NCBI GenBank assembly: GCA_040755925.1
Contig: JBFLWR010000430.1
Coordinates: forward strand, 1 to 60,844
Direction of reading: 5' to 3'
Length of the DNA: 60,844 nucleotides
Source: Pseudomonadota bacterium
Lineage (GTDB): Bacteria; Pseudomonadota; Alphaproteobacteria; Rhizobiales; Rhizobiaceae
The position numbers were made by a program, and so were the translations under genes. Below, in pieces: positions 57,495-60,844 of the stretch. How positions within the stretch are numbered: position 1 is the stretch's first letter; every line of letters begins with the position of its first letter. Below the pieces are notes generated by a model. The model searched no databases, was not told where the DNA came from, and was given only the letters and a program-made list of their open reading frames with translations.

Positions 57495-57724
57495 CGGCCC
57501 TCGGAACTGGGAATCGCCGGTCAAATCTGGCCGGAGCACCGGCCGGCGCTTAGCAGGAAACCGACCCCCAAAGGCCGAAAAGCGAAGCCGGTCAAAGGCT
57601 TTCCATCGCTGGCCTAAAGCTGCGTCCCACGCCAGCACGGCGCGGCGCGGTGGTCACGCCGCCTTCTGTTGCCCGGCAGAACCGTGATAGTCGTTTTCGC
57701 ACCACGGAATCGGATTGCGAGACC

Positions 57725-58726
57725 ATGAGCCTTCAAACGACGAGCGGCCCCGTTCAGGACGCGCAGAAGCATGGCCGCATCGTCGCCATCGATATCGTGC
57801 GCGGTGTCGCGCTGCTTGCCATGGCGAGCTATCATTTCACCTGGGACCTCGAAAACTTCGGCTACACCGAGCCCGGCCTGACCGCTTTCGGCTGGTGGCG
57901 AATCTACGCGCGCTGCATCGCGTCGACCTTCCTGTTCCTTGTCGGCGTCAGCCTGTTCCTCGCCCATGGCCGCCAGATCCGCTGGCCGGGCTTTTGGAAG
58001 CGCTTTGCCATGGTCGCGGTGGCCGCGGTCGCGATTTCTGCTGTCACATACTTCGTCACCCCGGATGGCTTCATCTTCTTCGGCATCCTGCACGAGATCG
58101 CGCTGGCGAGCCTGCTCGGCCTCGCCTTCCTCAGGCTGCCGGCGCTGCTGACGGCTTTGGTCGCTGCAGCGGTCATCGCCGCGCCCTACTATCTGAGGTC
58201 GGAATTCTTCGATCATCCGGCCCTATGGTGGGTCGGACTGTCGGTGAACAATCCGCGCTCCAACGACTACGTGCCTCTGTTTCCATGGTTCGGCGCCGTT
58301 CTTGCCGGGATCGCGACAGTCAAATTCGCTTCAGCGTCCGGACTTCTCACTCGCCTTGGCGCTTTGACGCCAGGCCGCTGGTCGAATCCGTTGACTTTCA
58401 TCGGCCGCCACAGCCTCGCATTTTATCTGATCCACCAACCGTTGCTGTTCGGCTCGGTTTGGCTCTTTTCGCAGGTGATGCCTGCACCGCCGCAGAACCA
58501 GGAGGCAGGCTTTCTGAACGCCTGTCAGGTTCAGTGCCAACAGCAGCAGGACAGCACGTTCTGTTCCAGCTATTGTGGCTGCATGCTGGATGCGCTCAAG
58601 GGCGAAGGGTCTCTCGAAAAACTCTACCGCAACGACCAGACCAGCGTATTCAGATCGCATCTTGCCGATCTCGCCAGCACCTGCACCGCGGCGACGGAGA
58701 GCAAGATGGAGGGAGGGCAGCAATGA
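57725..58726 (+). CDS. DUF1624 / HGSNAT-like membrane acyltransferase with Cys-rich C-terminal extension
   Basis: DIVRGVA...YH..WDL, FGILHEI, DYVPLFPW, GRHSL.FYLIHQP. Confidence 0.85.
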   Translation: MSLQTTSGPVQDAQKHGRIVAIDIVRGVALLAMASYHFTWDLENFGYTEPGLTAFGWWRIYARCIASTFLFLVGVSLFLAHGRQIRWPGFWKRFAMVAVAAVAISAVTYFVTPDGFIFFGILHEIALASLLGLAFLRLPALLTALVAAAVIAAPYYLRSEFFDHPALWWVGLSVNNPRSNDYVPLFPWFGAVLAGIATVKFASASGLLTRLGALTPGRWSNPLTFIGRHSLAFYLIHQPLLFGSVWLFSQVMPAPPQNQEAGFLNACQVQCQQQQDSTFCSSYCGCMLDALKGEGSLEKLYRNDQTSVFRSHLADLASTCTAATESKMEGGQQ

Positions 58727-59202
58727 CCGGCGCCACCAAGGCAAGACATGGGATCATCGCCTGGCCGCCGGTGATTTATGTGGTGGCGATCGCCCTCAGC
58801 GTGGTCCTTGGGATGCTCTACCCGTTGCCCTGGGTTGGTGACGTTTTCGGTGACCTCCTGTTCGGCGTCGGCCTGGTCGCCCTGTTCGGCGTCGCGGCGC
58901 TGTGGATAGCGGCTATCCGGGCGATGTTTCGCGCCAGGACGACCCTCGATCCGAACGCCGAGCCAGACCATCTGGTGACGTCAGGTCCCTTCGGCATCAC
59001 CCGCAACCCAATGTACCTCGCCAACACACTGCTGTTGATCGGCGTCGCTCTCATTACCGGGATCGCCTGGTTCCTGCTGTTCGCCTTCCTTGCAGCCTTC
59101 GCGACGCAGAAGCTGGCGATCGAGAAGGAGGAAAAGATCCTTACGGCGAAATTCGGCAAGAAGTACCGCGACTACGCAAAGCGCGTCCGGCGCTGGATTT
59201 GA
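58723..59202 (+). CDS. isoprenylcysteine carboxyl methyltransferase / PEMT family protein
   Basis: LVTSGPF..TRNPMY, EEKIL..KFG..Y..Y...VRRW; ATGA overlap. Confidence 0.9.
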   Translation: MTGATKARHGIIAWPPVIYVVAIALSVVLGMLYPLPWVGDVFGDLLFGVGLVALFGVAALWIAAIRAMFRARTTLDPNAEPDHLVTSGPFGITRNPMYLANTLLLIGVALITGIAWFLLFAFLAAFATQKLAIEKEEKILTAKFGKKYRDYAKRVRRWI

Positions 59203-59212
59203 GGCCTCTGGA

Positions 59213-59599
59213 TTAGGTATTCACGCCCAATTCCGCCAGCCGCTCCACACAGGACTCTTCCGCCTGGTCGAGTTCGGCGAGCGTCTCTTCGAGGTCGCGC
59301 CGCTTCTGGCGCAAATCCTCGCGCTTCTCCTCGATGCGCCTGATCATCAGCTTGAGCTGGCCGACCTCGCCGGGCGGCTCCTTGTACATCTGGATGATCT
59401 CGCGGATCTCGTTGATCGAGAACCCAAGCCGCTTGCCGCGCATGATCTGGCGGATGAGGTGACGGTCGGAGGGACGAAACAACCGTGTGCGGCCGCGACG
59501 GACCGGCTGCACCAGCCCTTCGTCCTCGTAGAAGCGCAGCGTCCGCGTCGACACGTCGAATTCGCGCGTCAGCTCCGTGATCGTGTAATATTCCCGCAT
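59213..59599 (-). CDS. liuR: MerR-family regulator, LiuR-like
   Basis: YTITELTREFDVSTRTLRFYEDEGL..P.RRG; GKRLGFS; LiuR-type box upstream. Confidence 0.8.
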   Translation of the reverse strand: MREYYTITELTREFDVSTRTLRFYEDEGLVQPVRRGRTRLFRPSDRHLIRQIMRGKRLGFSINEIREIIQMYKEPPGEVGQLKLMIRRIEEKREDLRQKRRDLEETLAELDQAEESCVERLAELGVNT

Positions 59600-59708
59600 T
59601 CCAACTCCCAAGCCCAACGTCCAGCGACGCCGCCGCCAAGCAGCGCCCCTCTTCGGCACCCATCCCAAGCCTGAATCGGCATGGGACCCCGCGCGAGCCT
59701 CGCACGGC

Positions 59709-59726
59709 ATTTACGTAAAAGTCAAT
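59709..59726 (-). promoter_or_regulatory. LiuR-type operator overlapping a TTGAC -35 element
   Basis: ATTTACGTAAAAGTCAAT resembles the TTTACGT-NN-ACGTAAA palindrome; about 110 nt upstream of the MerR gene. Confidence 0.65.
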
Positions 59727-59921
59727 TGAGGCACGTCGAGGTCGCTGATTGGGCGGCCGTCACGCCTGCGTCGCAGGTGCGACACCGGCTTCAGGCGGCG
59801 CGACAGCGCATGTCGCTGCGGAAAAAGCGCCCCTCTTCCGTTGCGGCAGAATTGTCGTGGAACGGGTCCTGGCAAAGCCGGATCGGTCCCATGTCCGCAA
59901 ACCGGTTTAGAACGGAAGCTG

Positions 59922-60584
59922 TTGAGCACGAAGTCGGCGAGAACGAACGAGGCCAAAACCGGGCGGGAGCGCATTCGCGTTGTCGTCGCCGAGGGCAATC
60001 CACTCGTCATATCGGCGCTGCGCGAAATGCTGGAATGCGACGGACGTTTCGAGCTTCTGGACGCGGTGCAGAGCGGCAGGCAATTCCTGGAACTGGCTGC
60101 CGCCGCGAAGTTCGATGTCGCGGTTGTCGGCTGGAAGCTCGCTGACATGGATAGCGCCGACGTCCTCGCGGAAGTTCAGAATCGCAAACTCGACATCCGC
60201 GTCACGGTCTTCTCCAACGACCATGACATCGGCATCCTGAAGCAATGCGTGCGTCTGGGAGTTCAGGGCTACTGCTTCCAGTTCGACGAGCCGCCGATCA
60301 TCTTCGAGACGATCCTCGCGGTCGCGCATGGCAGGATCTGCATCCCTTACATCGACATCAACAAGGTCAACGACACGCCGCTGTCGCAACTCACCGTGCG
60401 CGAGCGCGAGTTGCTGGCGGTCCTGTCCGACGGATGGACCAACCTCCAGATCGCGACCCGGACCGGAATCTCCGAGAACACGGTGAAATACCACCTCAAG
60501 AATCTCTACGACAAGCTTGACGTCCGCAACCGCGCCATGGCGGTGGCGCTCTATTCGAGCGAGAAGCGCCGCCCCCCCAGATAG
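59922..60584 (+). CDS. NarL/LuxR-family response regulator with degenerate receiver domain
   Basis: LTVRERELL...GWTNLQIA...ISENTVKYHLKNLYDKL HTH; start (TTG 59922) uncertain. Confidence 0.88.
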   Translation: MSTKSARTNEAKTGRERIRVVVAEGNPLVISALREMLECDGRFELLDAVQSGRQFLELAAAAKFDVAVVGWKLADMDSADVLAEVQNRKLDIRVTVFSNDHDIGILKQCVRLGVQGYCFQFDEPPIIFETILAVAHGRICIPYIDINKVNDTPLSQLTVRERELLAVLSDGWTNLQIATRTGISENTVKYHLKNLYDKLDVRNRAMAVALYSSEKRRPPR

Positions 60585-60718
60585 CCTTTCGGGTAGTCCG
60601 GCCGGGTAGGCCCCGCCCACCCTCGCGTGGCGACATCTTACCCGGCAAGGTGTTGTTTCGGCGCCTCATCCCAACGACACTTCCTCCACAATCCCAAGAC
60701 GATCGGAGGAGTTCGCGC

Positions 60719-60844
60719 ATGGCCGGCTTTACCCATCTTTTCATCCCAGGCCCCACCAACATTCCGGAGCGGGTGCGGCAGGCGATGAACCTGCCGATGG
60801 AGGATATGCGCGCGGCATCGTTCCCCGACCTGACCCTGCCGCTG
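60719..60844 (+). CDS. serine-glyoxylate aminotransferase-like class V aminotransferase, 5' fragment running off the window
   Basis: GGAGGAG RBS; MAGFTHLFIPGPTNIPERVRQAMNLPMEDMRAASFPDLTLPL with the FIPGPT signature. Confidence 0.8.
   Translation, partial: MAGFTHLFIPGPTNIPERVRQAMNLPMEDMRAASFPDLTLPL

Noticed and set aside
1-60844. Many long overlapping or antisense ORFs in the track (e.g. 14125-15606, 17520-18860, 35100-36590, 55086-56276)
   Set aside because: Shadow frames of well-supported genes, expected in high-GC DNA; no recognisable motifs or RBS
1-60844. CRISPR array, tRNA/rRNA, transposase, integrase, phage or anti-phage defence genes
   Set aside because: No spaced direct-repeat array, RNA-gene pattern or such protein motifs recognised by eye

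Overview
GC-rich alphaproteobacterial chromosomal segment, most likely Rhizobiales and Mesorhizobium-like (inferred from gene content and the intergenic palindromic repeats). It is densely coding, with about 60 genes. I see no rRNA, tRNA, CRISPR array, IS or prophage. Main blocks: (1) Regulators and two small proteins at 1-5.5 kb, including a GlxA/GbdR-type AraC. (2) A TetR-controlled cassette of flavin reductase, LLM monooxygenase, tautomerase and hydrolase. (3) An SsuA/THI5-type ABC transporter. (4) Dispersed methylated-amine/C1 metabolism genes: three GcvT-fused FAD oxidoreductases, soxBDAG, a Rieske demethylase-like oxygenase, a homocysteine methyltransferase and a truncated serine-glyoxylate aminotransferase. 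(5) A seven-gene envelope cluster at 15.6-23.4 kb: HAD-UbiA phosphoribosyltransferase, DprE1-like oxidase, ArnE/F-like flippase, extended SDR, class III aminotransferase, GT-C-like membrane protein and FkbM methyltransferase. This looks like a pathway for a polyprenyl-linked (amino)pentofuranose and is the best candidate for a novel system. (6) A sigma54-driven ABC/deaminase/FAD-oxidase N-heterocycle scavenging operon. (7) Late cobalamin genes, with cbiB inverted inside an otherwise co-directional run. All functional calls come from recognising motifs by eye; no database searches were run.
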